The notes under the pieces: model-generated
What the model saw: only the letters and a program-made list of their open reading frames with translations
Databases searched by the model: none
What the model was told of the DNA's origin: nothing
Shown: positions 12,122 through 24,259 of the stretch, in pieces
Position numbering within the stretch: position 1 is the first letter of the stretch
Layout of the letters: each line of letters opens with the position of its first letter
Translations under genes and position numbers: made by a program
Origin: Antechinus flavipes
Lineage: Eukaryota
Direction: 5' to 3'
Assembly: GCF_016432865.1 (NCBI RefSeq)
Contig: NC_067401.1
Coordinates: forward strand, 104,284,001 to 104,348,000
Length of the DNA: 64,000 nt

Positions 12122-12187
12122 CTTTCTGCTTCCAATCTTGCTGGTCAAGATAAATCAGTGCATTCATCAGTACAATTCTCCAAGCAT
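12122..12187 (+). CDS. CD244: CD244 cytoplasmic exon 7 (LSASNLAGQDKSVHSSVQFSKH)
   Basis: Acceptor ttttttcctttcactag|, donor CAT|gtaaat, 66 nt, phase 0-0; aligns with human SSAPTSQEPAYTLYSLIQPSRK. Confidence 0.7.
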
Positions 12188-13255
12188 GTAAATCTCCTCC
12201 TTCAGGATGAGTATTTATATGTTTATATTTGTATGAACATGCATATCTATATCCATTAGTGGACATTCAGAATATATGTCTATGCTTGCCTTTTTGTGAT
12301 GTGAAAAGCTTGTGTGTTTAAGGGCCTGAATGTATGGGTGATGTGGAGAACTGCCTTTCACAGGTTTAGGGTTAAGGATGTAGCCTCTGGCCTCTGCTGT
12401 CTTAAGCATATCTGTTAAATAATTGGAACTCTAGTATGAAATACCTATAGCTTAGAATTGATGGGTAAACAAGAGATGGGTTTTCTTTTCTAGGAGAGTG
12501 AGGAATCTCAGAATACTGAGATCCAATTGGGAAAGAAAATACAAAGAGAGAGAGAGGGAGTATTTAGTCTGGCATAAGCAAGAAACCAGAAGAGATCTCT
12601 GTGAGTAGCCAGGGGGACTTAATGTAATTCAGTCTGTCTAGATAGGGAGTAGAATCTAGGGACAACTTGAAAAACAGAGTAGGCAAAGGTGATACCAAGA
12701 TCAGTATAAATGACCCAAACCCAAATCCTCAGAAAATCAAATGGAAAGACCTTGGACATGGATAGCTTTGGTCAATGCTGGACAAAGCTGGGTGGTCTCT
12801 ATGCTGCTAATTATCAGCTTCCAGACATCAGTGATTCAATTGTCCTGGATATATTAAAAAAGACTAGTCTAAATGTGTGTTGCTGTCAGAAGGAGATAAG
12901 GGATGGGAATCCATCTATGTTACTAAGACTGCAGCCAGCCACAACTAGGAGCCCCAGAATCTGGGGTTAAGTCAGTGACAGAAAGATACCCACTTCCTTT
13001 CTCACCATTATCTATAGTCAGATCTATGTCCAGAGACAAAATGCCATATAAGGTGTTCTTTGCTCTTTCACTAGAGGTCACAAAGCAGCATTGTTTATAT
13101 TTTGGGAAATAGATGCTAGGGGGGACTGACTAGGAGACCCTTGATGCTTCTCAAAATCTCCATCTGCACCCTCTGATTGGGTCCAAATTTAATGTGACCA
13201 TGACAATTGCATCTCTCAACTTTGAGCCGACTTCTCTCTTTCTCTGAATTTTCAG

Positions 13256-13315
13256 CAACCTTTTCCCAATCAAGTAAACTCCAACTCATCCCATCCAGTT
13301 ACTATCTATCAAGAG
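13256..13315 (+). CDS. CD244: CD244 cytoplasmic exon 8 (QPFPNQVNSNSSHPVTIYQE), carries the intact ITSM TIYQE|V
   Basis: Acceptor tctctgaattttcag|, donor GAG|gtaagt, 60 nt, phase 0-0; matches human NHSPSFNSTIYEV. Confidence 0.85.
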
Positions 13316-13383
13316 GTAAGTTACAAAATTGCCTTCTGAATATACTGGCTTCTCACATCCATCAAACCTCTTCTCAGGGATAA

Positions 13384-13960
13384 TGTTGAGGTTCAGAAGG
13401 AGACCCCAAGGGACACAGACTGATGTCACAGGGTATCGCAAAAGAATTTGCAGACTTGAATCCATCTCCAAGTCAAAGGGCAAAGTTTATTGTAATTGTA
13501 ATACCAATTTAAAGTGGGCTAAGTTCCAAAATGATTTAGCAAAGAACTAGAAAAAAAATAAAATTATAGGACAAAGTTAGAAAGACAAAAGCTGCATGTT
13601 ACTTATTTGCTAATTTTATGTCTTAAAGGTAGGATTGAGAGATGGTCTATTCACTGTTGTCTCAGGAACTTGGTTATCACTAACCAGCAGATTATCTATC
13701 AGTCAGCAGTATTGGTAGGACTATCCTAAAGCCAGAAGATTTTAGAATCACTGATAGACAGATGGTTAGAACAATAACACTCTTAAGGTCAGAGGACCTC
13801 AGGATCATTGCTATATCATCCCTAAAATCTAGAGAAAAAAATATATAACTATATTATTATATTTCTAAGGCCACAAGACTTTGTTATCATTGACAGACAG
13901 ATTGTTAGAATAATAATACTCTAGGGTCAGGGGACCCCAGGATTACTGCTAGAAATTCTA
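13384..13960 (-). mobile_element. ERV LTR (antisense) in CD244 intron 8; right boundary approximate
   Basis: Reverse complement ends ...ctgaacctcaaca and aligns with the LTR at 24655-24993 (aataaactt, tggagatgg). Confidence 0.7.
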
Positions 13961-15978
13961 CCTACCAGTATCATTTATCTTGAGAGAGTGCATAGTTCTC
14001 ATGTATCACTGATTAACTGTCTGTAGAACCTAGGAACCTGCCCACCATTTCAAAGAGAACAAAATTGAACCACACTAAATGTGTGGTTCATAAATAAATG
14101 CTTCCTTAGGGTCAGTCAGTTACCCGTTTTGGACTAAAGCACCTGAATCCATAGCAGCCTAATGGCTTAGTTCCAAAAGAGTAGAACTTCCTGGGCCACA
14201 GATGGGCAAGACCCTGTTCAAATGTGCCTAATAAACTAATTTTGCCTTTCTGGTTAATCATCCAACAGATTTCATAGGTATTTGTGTAATAGAGCAAATG
14301 GTTTGCCAGCGGATTAGAATATGATGCTAACAAGGTCTGGATCACTGATTTGTTGATAAACCCTGTTGATGGCTAAAGATTGCAAATCCTAACCATAGGC
14401 TATTTTCTTATAAAATCATACCATACATTGAAGGTAGGCTGGGCAAGACTGTCTGGCTCATGTAGGATATTCTAGGGTTCATTAGTACTACCAGGACTGC
14501 AAATCAAAAACTGTGTTATGGGATAACTAGATGGTACCCCCATGATACATGGGGAGCACCAGCCCTGGAGTCAGGAGAACCTGAGTTCAAATCTAGCCTC
14601 AGACACTTACTAGCCATGTGACTCTGGGCAAGTCACTTCACCTCAATTGCCTCACAAAAAACAACAAAATAATCTCCTCCCCATCAAAAAAAACAAACCA
14701 AAAAATCCTGCTCTAGAGCAGTATTTGGCAAATAAATGCTTTTGGTTTTTGGTTTTCTTGCTCCCTCACCCCTAATTCACTTTTTAATTATGAAACAACA
14801 TTTCCACTGGTTCTCCTTTCCCTTCTCTTATATAGAAGTAACTTTTGGAATTCTGCCTTGTCTATACCTCTAAACTGACTCAGATTGTTTGTTAGTTGAA
14901 TTGGGAAATTCTGCCCAAGAATGGAGTTGATACCAGAGTGTGATTATGAAGAAGCCCTTATCTCTCCAAAGTACAGAAGCAGCAAACAGCAGCTTCCTGG
15001 GTATGAGACACCCAAAGCTTCCTATTAGTCTTTGACTCTTTGTGACCCCATTTGGGATTTTCTTGGCAAAGATACTGCAGTGGTTTGCCATTTCTTTCTC
15101 CAGATCATTTTACAGTTGAGGAAACTGAGACAAACAGGGCTAAGTGACTTGCCTGAGGTCACACAGCTAGTAAGTGTCTGAGGCTGGATTTGAATTCTGG
15201 ACCTTTTGACTTCAAGCCCAGCACTTCATGCATCGTACTACTACCCCCATCCCAACATGTAGCACTTAGGAAATGCCAGACATTGTGTTCAACACAAGAT
15301 TTGCAAATATAAGCATAAATGTATCTAAATATGCATATACTTTTATCTATATATCTATATGTTTATATATGTAGAAGTCTATATTTCTACATATGCAAAA
15401 TGCCTCTATATCTCTGTATAGAGATAAATATAAATATATCTATTTATGATACCATATAATATAAATGATACCATAAAATATAAATATAAAATGTATATAT
15501 ACAGATTATATACACATATAAATATATAGACTATATATACACAAAAATATATATGTGCATATTTGTATTTTTTTTGTGTGTGTATTTAGATAAAGAAAAG
15601 GAAAGAATGAAAGAGACAGAGAGAGACAAAAGAGACTAGAGATGGAGAGTATGTCAGCCCTGCCCTCAAAGACCTTAAATTCTAATGGGAAAAACAACAC
15701 ATAAAGGGAATGGTGACTGGGAGGGATGGGGGAGTATTCTGGGGAGATAGAAAGTGTATCTGGGAAAGAGGGAGATTAAGAGGTCCAAAGATGAATTGAT
15801 TTACTTTCCCACGGACTGGAGTCTGGATACTGGAAGACTTGGTATGGAAATTCAAGTCTTATATCCTGTATGGTGTTTTGTATTACCAGTCAGGAGTGCA
15901 GGAGTGTGGTGGCTTGGATATGGTCAGATTGTAAGCCTAATGATAGGTACTGAATTAATGTCATTGCTTCTTCCTCAG

Positions 15979-16038
15979 GTCCAGAAATTCAATCGACTGT
16001 CTAGCAAGGAGTTGGAGATTTTCCAGCTCTATTCTTAA
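15979..16038 (+). CDS. CD244: CD244 last coding exon (VQKFNRLSSKELEIFQLYS*)
   Basis: Acceptor cttcttcctcag|gtc; matches human C-terminus RLSRKELENFDVYS; TAA ends at 16038. Confidence 0.9.
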   Translation, partial: VQKFNRLSSKELEIFQLYS

Positions 16039-16102
16039 TAATGACAGCTACTATCTGAAATGAACATATTGTTGAAGCATTTTGAGAGCGAAGAGATTTG
16101 GT

Positions 16103-16108
16103 AATAAA
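16103..16108 (+). terminator. Candidate polyadenylation signal for CD244 (another AATAAA at 16774)
   Basis: First AATAAA after the stop codon; usage unproven. Confidence 0.35.
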
Positions 16109-17329
16109 AACAGCTCATATTTTTATAGGTCTTGCAGGTTTACAAAGCTCTCTATTCACATCAATCACATGATGAAAAGAGTGCGAAGACTACACAAATA
16201 TTCCAATAGTTTACAACCTTATCAATGTGGACAGTCTCTCTAGTGATGTGGATCACCATTCATTTTTGCCTGCCTATTTTGTGTGACACTTTAATCTAAT
16301 ATCAGGGGGTCCATCTCACATGCTGGAAAACTTCCTGGATCTCACATCACAAGAAATGTGGAATACAAATGGAATACAAAGCTATCATCCTATTATCCCC
16401 TTGTCCACAGGCCCAACTCATGTTCCTTTTCAAACATAAACTTTGTTGTTGACATTTTTTGCTCTAATTCTTTTATAAAGTTTCTTATTCTATGCTGCAG
16501 GATGATCAAATCTACTGTGCACTTATCCACTGCTCTCTGGTCAATCATCTGTATTAATTCTTTAAGGGCTATAACATTCTATGACTTATTAGCCATGCAA
16601 TAACATTGGTGAGAGTGTTGCTTTTAAAAAGATGAAACTTTGTTTTTGTGAATCTTTACACATGAGGAAATGAACTCTTGAAGCCCTAAGTGACTTGCTC
16701 ATGGTCAAACAGCAAGTTACTGTCAGCGTTAAATCTTCCGGTTCTATATTTGTTTTTAGCTACGATTGTCTGGAATAAAAATACAATTTAATCACCTGTG
16801 TCTACTTTGGAGGCTGAAAAAGTTGACAATGCTGGATAATTCACCAAAGACCTTGATATAGTTCCCCTACCAGTGCATAGCTCTGGAGAGGATATCTGGA
16901 GTATATTTAAGGCTTATGTTACTTAAATTTTATAATTGTTCTAGAAGGTTATTGCTAATATTCATCATAAGAGACAAAGATGGCTGGCACTGTTTTCTGC
17001 CTCACAGGTAGAGATATCAAGGCATAGAGAAGCAATTTTACTGAAAGTCACATAACCAGTCACTAAATATAAAGATGTTCATTTTCTGAGATTCTAATCA
17101 ATTTATAAGTCTTTATTAAGCATTTAGTACATAGTAAGCATTGTGCTAAATGTTGGGTACAAACACAAAAGCAGTTTCTGACTTCAAGGAACTTACCTAT
17201 TAATGTGTGGGGAAAAACCACATAAATAAATAGGGATGTACATTTTTCCCATTGACATTTTTTAACTTTAATTCTTTTAAAAAGTTAGATAAGATAGACA
17301 TGGAATTATGTGTCTTTTTCCAGAAAAAT

Positions 17330-18375
17330 AGAGTTCTTAACATTTTTATGTCATGGACTCCTTTGGCAGGCTGGTGAAGCCATGAATGCTTTGTCATGTT
17401 TTTAAATATATAAAATATATTACAAAGGAAACCAATTGTGTTCAGATACAGTTACCAATATATTTTCTCAATAATATTTTATTTTTTCAAATACATGTAA
17501 AGATAGTTTCCAAGATTCATTTTTGTAAAATTTCGTGTCCAATTTTTTTCTCCTTCCCTCTCCTCCTGCCCCTCTTGATGCAGGTTGTGGTCCCTTTAAG
17601 AATTGATTTATTTCTGATTTCCAATATCAATCCAGGAAGCTAGGACCTTTTCATTCACCAATCCTGGTCAATAGTACCCCTTTGAATTCCAATAGAAGAT
17701 CTGGGCCTGTCCCAGCCCCCACTTGGATCTGAGCCAACTTGGGCTCTCCCAGCCCCCATTCTGATCTGCTCAGGTTTCCCAAGCAAACTCTAGCCCTCAC
17801 TGGAACCCAGGGAGGAGCCAACTTGGGATTCCACCCACAGGCCCCTTTAGCTAAATCTCTCCTTATAAAAGAATCAAACTGGAGCCCTCTCTTTGCAGAG
17901 GGTCAAAACACGCTACACCCTAAGGACCCTCTGTCCATTGGAATCCTGTTTCTGGCGCCCTCTTATCTCTACCTTCACCTATTTCCTTAACTATACTTAA
18001 ACCTTACTTCTAAACCCCATAATAAAACTCTTATCTAGCTTTTCAGGCCTATAAATTCCTTTATAGAGGACTCTCCTGCTGCTACTAGATCTCATTTAAC
18101 TCTGTATCTTTGCGCCAAATCTAAAGGGGTTGCAGGGGAGCTCTATTTGACTCCCTGTACCCCAAACCTGCCAATAGACCTCAATTAAACTCTAATTTCA
18201 TTTAGGTACCCCATATCTAGACCTTATCACCCTCTCCAAGACAGCAAGCAATATGATATAGGTTAAACATATGCAATTCTTTTCAATATATTTCCTTATG
18301 TTTCATGTTATCAACATTTTTTAATTAAAAAAAAAACAAAACTAAATTCACAGACCCCAGGTTGGGAACCCTGGA
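17330..18375. mobile_element. Old non-autonomous DNA transposon (hAT/MER-like) split by an L1 tail and an LTR
   Basis: Left part resembles 30190-30410; right end cacagaccccaggttgggaaccc follows the L1/LTR insertions. Confidence 0.5.
17576..18229 (+). mobile_element. Solo LTR, 654 bp, TG...CA, 6-bp TSD CCCTCT
   Basis: TSD at 17570-17575 and 18230-18235; TATAAAA at 17864, AATAAA at 18021; inserted in an L1 3' UTR. Confidence 0.85.
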
Positions 18376-18739
18376 GCCATTGGGGTGGGGCATTATAGGA
18401 AAGGTTAACTGCAGAAGACCGCATTTGAGTTGAACATTTGAAAGAAGCCAGTGTTAAGAGGCAGGATTTAGAACAGCAAAAATTCTACATCTGCAGTATT
18501 GTCATTGCAAGACTAAGAGGAAGGAGATAATGATGTAATAGGACTCGGTGGCTCCCTGATCTTTGTCGGGGTTGGGCCTGGATTAGAAAACCCTGAGTTT
18601 CCTAACAATCCCTCCTACCTTTTCACTTGGTCTCGGGAAACTCCCAAAATAATCCCCAATTTCAATTCATTTGGAGATTTCGATCTAGGCAGTAATCCCC
18701 TCCCGTTATTGACCTGGAAACTTGGCCTTACAAAGCTAA

Positions 18740-19420
18740 ATAAAATTGAACCCTATATCCCAAATCTTTCACTCTGCTTATAGATGAAAGGCAGGGCCAG
18801 GTCCTACGGGGCATAACTCAGTCTCTGGGACCTGACCCCAGATCTGTTGCCTACTTCTCTCTCTCTTTTTTGTTGAGGCAATTGGAGTTAAGTGACTTGC
18901 CCAGGGTCACACAGCCAGCAAGTGTTAAGTGTCTGAGACCAAATTTGAACTCAGGTCCTCCTGACTTCAGGGCTTGTACTCTATCCACTGGGGTACCTAG
19001 CTGCCCCACAGTTGCCTGTTTCTCAAAGAAAATGGACTTTGTTTCTTTAGAATGGCTCTCAAGCCCTAGAGCACTGGCTGCTACAGCCCTTCTAACTGAA
19101 GAAGCCTCACAACTCACTCTAGGGCACTAGAGCATTTTAGAAACCAAAGCGCATCGGTGGCTTGCTAGTGGGACACTTACTAGATATCAGGCTTTCCTAC
19201 TGAACACCCCTGTCACTCTGTTCCCTAACAACATTCAATCAGAGACACCAGTCATAATTGCAAGGAAACTTTAGATTCTGTCTATTCCAGCTGACCTGAC
19301 TTGAGGGGCATTCCTCTTAACAACCCAGATAGTGAATGGTTTATAAATGGGTCGAGTTTTCTTAAAAATGGGGAAAGAAAGGCAGGTTATTCTGTGGTGA
19401 TCCTCAATAGCATAAATACA
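18740..19420 (+). mobile_element. Gamma-like ERV pol fragment (RT connection-RNase H), interrupted by a SINE; second copy at 20624-21304
   Basis: KSFTLLIDERQG..GITQSLGPDPRSVAYFS|KKMD..RALAATALLTEEASQLTLG..PLNNPDSEWFINGSSF..KAGYSVV, like MLV-type pol. Confidence 0.85.
18860..19010 (-). mobile_element. Short tRNA/CORE SINE (WSINE1-like) in ERV pol; second copy at +1884
   Basis: ggggcagctagg...gagttcaaat...aattgcctca + A tail on the - strand; imperfect 14-bp TSD gttgcc(ta/tg)(c/t)ttctc. Confidence 0.85.
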
Positions 19421-21309
19421 CTGGGATCCCATAGTCATACTAAGGGATGGCTTAAATGGCTCTCCCAGCCCCCATTCTGATCTGCTCAGGTTTCCCAAGC
19501 AAACTCTAGCCCTCACTGGAACCCAGGGAGGAGCCAACTTGGGCTCTCCCAGCCCCCATTCTGATCTGCTCAGGTTTCCCAAGCAAACTCTAGCCCTCAC
19601 TGGAACCCAGGGAGGAGCCAACTTGGGCTCTCCCAGCCCCCATTCTGATCTGCTCAGGTTTCCCAAGCAAACTCTAGCCCTCACTGGAACCCAGGGAGGA
19701 GCCAACTTGGGATTCCACCCACAGGCCCCTTTAGCTAAATCTCTCCTTATAAAAGAATCAAACTGGAGCCCTCTCTTTGCAGAGGGTCAAAACACGCTAC
19801 ACCCTAAGGACCCTCTGTCCATTGGAATCCTGTTTCTGGCGCCCTCTTATCTCTACCTTCACCTATTTCCTTAACTATACTTAAACCTTACTTCTAAACC
19901 CCATAATAAAACTCTTATCTAGCTTTTCAGGCCTATAAATTCCTTTATAGAGGACTCTCCTGCTGCTACTAGATCTCATTTAACTCTGTATCTTTGCGCC
20001 AAATCTAAAGGGGTTGCAGGGGAGCTCTATTTGACTCCCTGTACCCCAAACCTGCCAATAGACCTCAATTAAACTCTAATTTCATTTAGGTACCCCATAT
20101 CTAGACCTTATCACCCTCTCCAAGACAGCAAGCAATATGATATAGGTTAAACATATGCAATTCTTTTCAATATATTTCCTTATGTTTCATGTTATCAACA
20201 TTTTTTAATTAAAAAAAAAACAAAACTAAATTCACAGACCCCAGGTTGGGAACCCTGGAGCCATTGGGGTGGGGCATTATAGGAAAGGTTAACTGCAGAA
20301 GACCGCATTTGAGTTGAACATTTGAAAGAAGCCAGTGTTAAGAGGCAGGATTTAGAACAGCAAAAATTCTACATCTGCAGTATTGTCATTGCAAGACTAA
20401 GAGGAAGGAGATAATGATGTAATAGGACTCGGTGGCTCCCTGATCTTTGTCGGGGTTGGGCCTGGATTAGAAAACCCTGAGTTTCCTAACAATCCCTCCT
20501 ACCTTTTCACTTGGTCTCGGGAAACTCCCAAAATAATCCCCAATTTCAATTCATTTGGAGATTTCGATCTAGGCAGTAATCCCCTCCCGTTATTGACCTG
20601 GAAACTTGGCCTTACAAAGCTAAATAAAATTGAACCCTATATCCCAAATCTTTCACTCTGCTTATAGATGAAAGGCAGGGCCAGGTCCTACGGGGCATAA
20701 CTCAGTCTCTGGGACCTGACCCCAGATCTGTTGCCTACTTCTCTCTCTCTTTTTTGTTGAGGCAATTGGAGTTAAGTGACTTGCCCAGGGTCACACAGCC
20801 AGCAAGTGTTAAGTGTCTGAGACCAAATTTGAACTCAGGTCCTCCTGACTTCAGGGCTTGTACTCTATCCACTGGGGTACCTAGCTGCCCCACAGTTGCC
20901 TGTTTCTCAAAGAAAATGGACTTTGTTTCTTTAGAATGGCTCTCAAGCCCTAGAGCACTGGCTGCTACAGCCCTTCTAACTGAAGAAGCCTCACAACTCA
21001 CTCTAGGGCACTAGAGCATTTTAGAAACCAAAGCGCATCGGTGGCTTGCTAGTGGGACACTTACTAGATATCAGGCTTTCCTACTGAACACCCCTGTCAC
21101 TCTGTTCCCTAACAACATTCAATCAGAGACACCAGTCATAATTGCAAGGAAACTTTAGATTCTGTCTATTCCAGCTGACCTGACTTGAGGGGCATTCCTC
21201 TTAACAACCCAGATAGTGAATGGTTTATAAATGGGTCGAGTTTTCTTAAAAATGGGGAAAGAAAGGCAGGTTATTCTGTGGTGATCCTCAATAGCATAAA
21301 TACACTGGG

Positions 21310-23879
21310 ATCCCATAGTCATACTAAGGGATGGCTTAAATGGCTCTCCCAGGGATTCCTGGGTCCCAATCAGAGGGATTTCCTTCCTCCTAGATTTCAG
21401 AGGGAATATGGGAGGGCTCTGAGAGAAGCACAAAAAGTTCATCCATAGGTCTGAGATGGAAAATTGGGTCCTCAACATCATTATTTAATCATACCCCAAC
21501 AAGGGAGCAGGACAGGAGGGAATAATAGGAAAGGAGTGTTTAAATAACAGCCCACCAAACTATCTGGGCAGAGGGAAGGTCTCAAAACAGTTCTTAAATT
21601 TCTCTTCAATCCCTGTTACTCTTTGGGGAGAGGGGCAGGTGAGACCAGAGGACCCATATCAAAAAAGTCATATCAAAGTTATCCTGGGTTCAACTACCAT
21701 GATGGAGTAAGGGGAAGTCTGATCAAGCCTCAAACCCCTGCCAGAGGGCAGTCTCTCTTCCAGTGCCCTCATGATTGCACTTGGGGCAAAGGCCTGGGAG
21801 TCTCCTACAAGGCCAGTTGCAAGCTTAGTGGCCCTGGCTGTGAAATCTAAAGCATAAACCCTCATGGTTTCCGGCTATGGCAGCAGCTAAAAATTGAACC
21901 TGTTCCTTGTTTCTTGCTCTGGCTTTTACTCTGTGTGTGTGGTCTTCTACTCTGCAGTTGTTTTGGTCCCTATTTTTAAACTTTAAAGTCTGTTTCTAAC
22001 AGCTGAGTTTGGGAAGTTTGAGGTCCCAAGGCTAACTTCTGCATCTTCATCTGAATATCTGGGGCAGATTGATTAATAAAAATGCATGCTGAGGACAGTG
22101 ATCCCCTCTGGAGAAATGGGGTCCAGATTAGTGTTATTTTTTTAGAGCCTCTACAAGGTGCCCCTGAAAGAGGGTAGGTTCTTCTCACTTTCTTGGGTAA
22201 CTTCCCTAAGTCTTTCATAATTAGAGCAAGTTAAAAGGTGCTCCCTTTTCCCTCTAAGGGTGGGCTACTGACTTAATGATCAGATTAATTAAATTCAAAA
22301 TCCAAAAGAATCAGTTATAGCCCTGAGTGATTTTATCTCTAATAGCAAATTCTACCAATCAAAGCTTAGGGCTAGATAGATTTTAAAAGTTTAGCAGGAT
22401 TTAAGCCCATAAGACAGTTTATTTAATATGTCTTAAATATATCCTAGTGTAGAGGATCATGTTGGCTTATAGGTTCTTAGTAAACATATTCCTTGTTTAG
22501 AAGCTATAAATCCTAAACAAGCTTATTTCTCAGGGCTGATGATACCTACCCTGATGATTTCAAAAAAAGCTGGCAAGCTTACAAATTAAGGAGTGTTAAC
22601 AGAGACCCCAGGGAAGAGGTTAAGCTTGATAAGGTGCCTAGCCCGATTATTTTTAGTGCTTTTGTGGGCTGTGCTGTTTGATACTTCCCCCACTCTGTGA
22701 AGGGGGAAAGGAGTTCACACCTTATATTTAGAGGTAGAGTGGTCAGTGATGATCACTATCCCACACTACCTCAAAGTAACTGTGGAACCCCAACTTTTCA
22801 TCATTTTTCACAGTCACATTAAAAAAACCCCATAAAGTTATTAAATATGGAACAATTATATCCAATAAAGCAGTTAACATTCATATAGCATGTTTTAAAG
22901 CAATTATATCCAACAAAGCAGTTAATATTCATATACCATGTTTTATGTTAAGCACTTCACAACAAAATTTATTATTTCTCTTGACAAATTAGAAAATTAG
23001 GCAGAGATAAAATAGTTTGCCATAAATTTCATAGCTAATATATATCCATAATTGAGCTACAGAATGATAGTCTTACCAAATGCAGAGGCTGACTGGCTTT
23101 CTGGGTGCTGCCAGAGGGTACCTGAAGTCTTCTCAGGCAGTTGCTAGACAGAATCTGCTGAAAGCTGGCATGATTGGTGCCAGGGCTCAGGGAATGTTGA
23201 CCATGGAGCCTGACCCTCAACTTCATCCCTATTCCTCTAAGCTAAATTGGGGTTATTTTGGGCAAGGCTGTGTCAAGTCCCCATGGTTTTGCATTCTTTG
23301 CAGGTGTGGCAGAATTTGAATTTCCATATAGTTCTGAGATGAGAAGAGTGAGCAAGCAGATTGATCTTGTTAGCAATCCCCACAACTGAGATGTTTTAGG
23401 ATTTTTTTTTTGCAATTTTAAAATGACTAGTTGCCAAAGTTCGTGATCATTGCTTTCAGAATTTTGAGAATTTGCTAAAGATGTTTGGCTCTCACAACCT
23501 TTGAGAATAACAAAATCTAGGCTTATAGAACAAACATGACACAGGGATTCTACAAGAGATGAAGACACACACAGAATAACATGAAAGAATACTGTCCCAT
23601 CTTTGCCAAAAAGCCATAAAATGTTGCCCAAAACTATCCTATAGCATTTCCCTCTCCTCTGACATCCCAGAGGAACTTTGCTGAAGACTGCAAGAATTTC
23701 CCAGTCTGGGCATCCCAAGTCCAGGAAAATTTGTTGAGTATGGAGTTCATGATGATCCAGACAAGCCTTCTCCCAGTGGCTTGAGGTGTCTCACTATAGG
23801 ATTGTGGGAGAAAAAAATGAGAGGCTTATCTTGACAAAGAGGAAATCAAGCTAGGGGAGGCCCTATATGGGCCACCAAA
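21310..23879 (-). mobile_element. ERV internal remnant: PBS, long leader, gag (zinc knuckle), protease, start of RT
   Basis: Knuckle CPKC..GHWKRDCP at about 21745-21788; protease EPRITL..D.G and CPAPLLG.D; RT start WDPGIPGRA; all interrupted. Confidence 0.8.
23860..23877 (-). promoter_or_regulatory. Retroviral primer-binding site, tRNA-Ile type
   Basis: TGGTGGCCCATATAGGGC, 2 nt after the LTR terminal CA; compare tRNA-Ile(AAT) complement TGGTGGCCCGTACGGGGA; the internal mismatches fall at CpG positions. Confidence 0.7.
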
Positions 23880-24250
23880 TGTTGAGGTTGAGAGGGGGAC
23901 CTCAAAAGTCCCAGACCAGTATCATGAGGTGTGTCAAAAGAATTAAGCCTGCCATTCTTTTGAGATATCTTACAACACTAGTCTGTGACCCCAAAACTTT
24001 TGCAGTCCCTTTGGAAGGGGACCTAATCCTAATTGCCTCAGCAAAAAGTAAATAAATAAATAAAAAATTTTCATTCTTCATGTCATTCTCTCTACCTTAA
24101 TGCCTAGGCCACCTGAGTATGCCTTTCATTGTGTATAATGTCACTGTTCTACCCATTATCCTTATTCCTTTGAGGAGACAAAAGCAGGGGTTTGGGGGAA
24201 AAGTTCTTTGGTATTTATCCTAGGAAAAACTGTCTGGATGAAAGACATTC
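23880..24250 (-). mobile_element. 5' LTR of the minus-strand ERV; outer boundary uncertain
   Basis: Reverse complement ends ...ctctcaacctcaaca, followed by the PBS. Confidence 0.65.
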
Positions 24251-24259
24251 ATGATAGCC

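Larger units (their letters stand above)
17742..21352. repeat. Tandem duplication, period 1884 bp (1716-bp unit plus two extra 84-bp units)
   Basis: Paired ORFs offset by 1884; junction on GGCTCTCCCAG; no differences seen in the stretches I compared. Confidence 0.95.

Noticed and set aside
19271-19874. ORFs with 28-aa repeats on both strands
   Set aside because: By-product of the 84-bp LTR unit (a multiple of 3); no protein-family features
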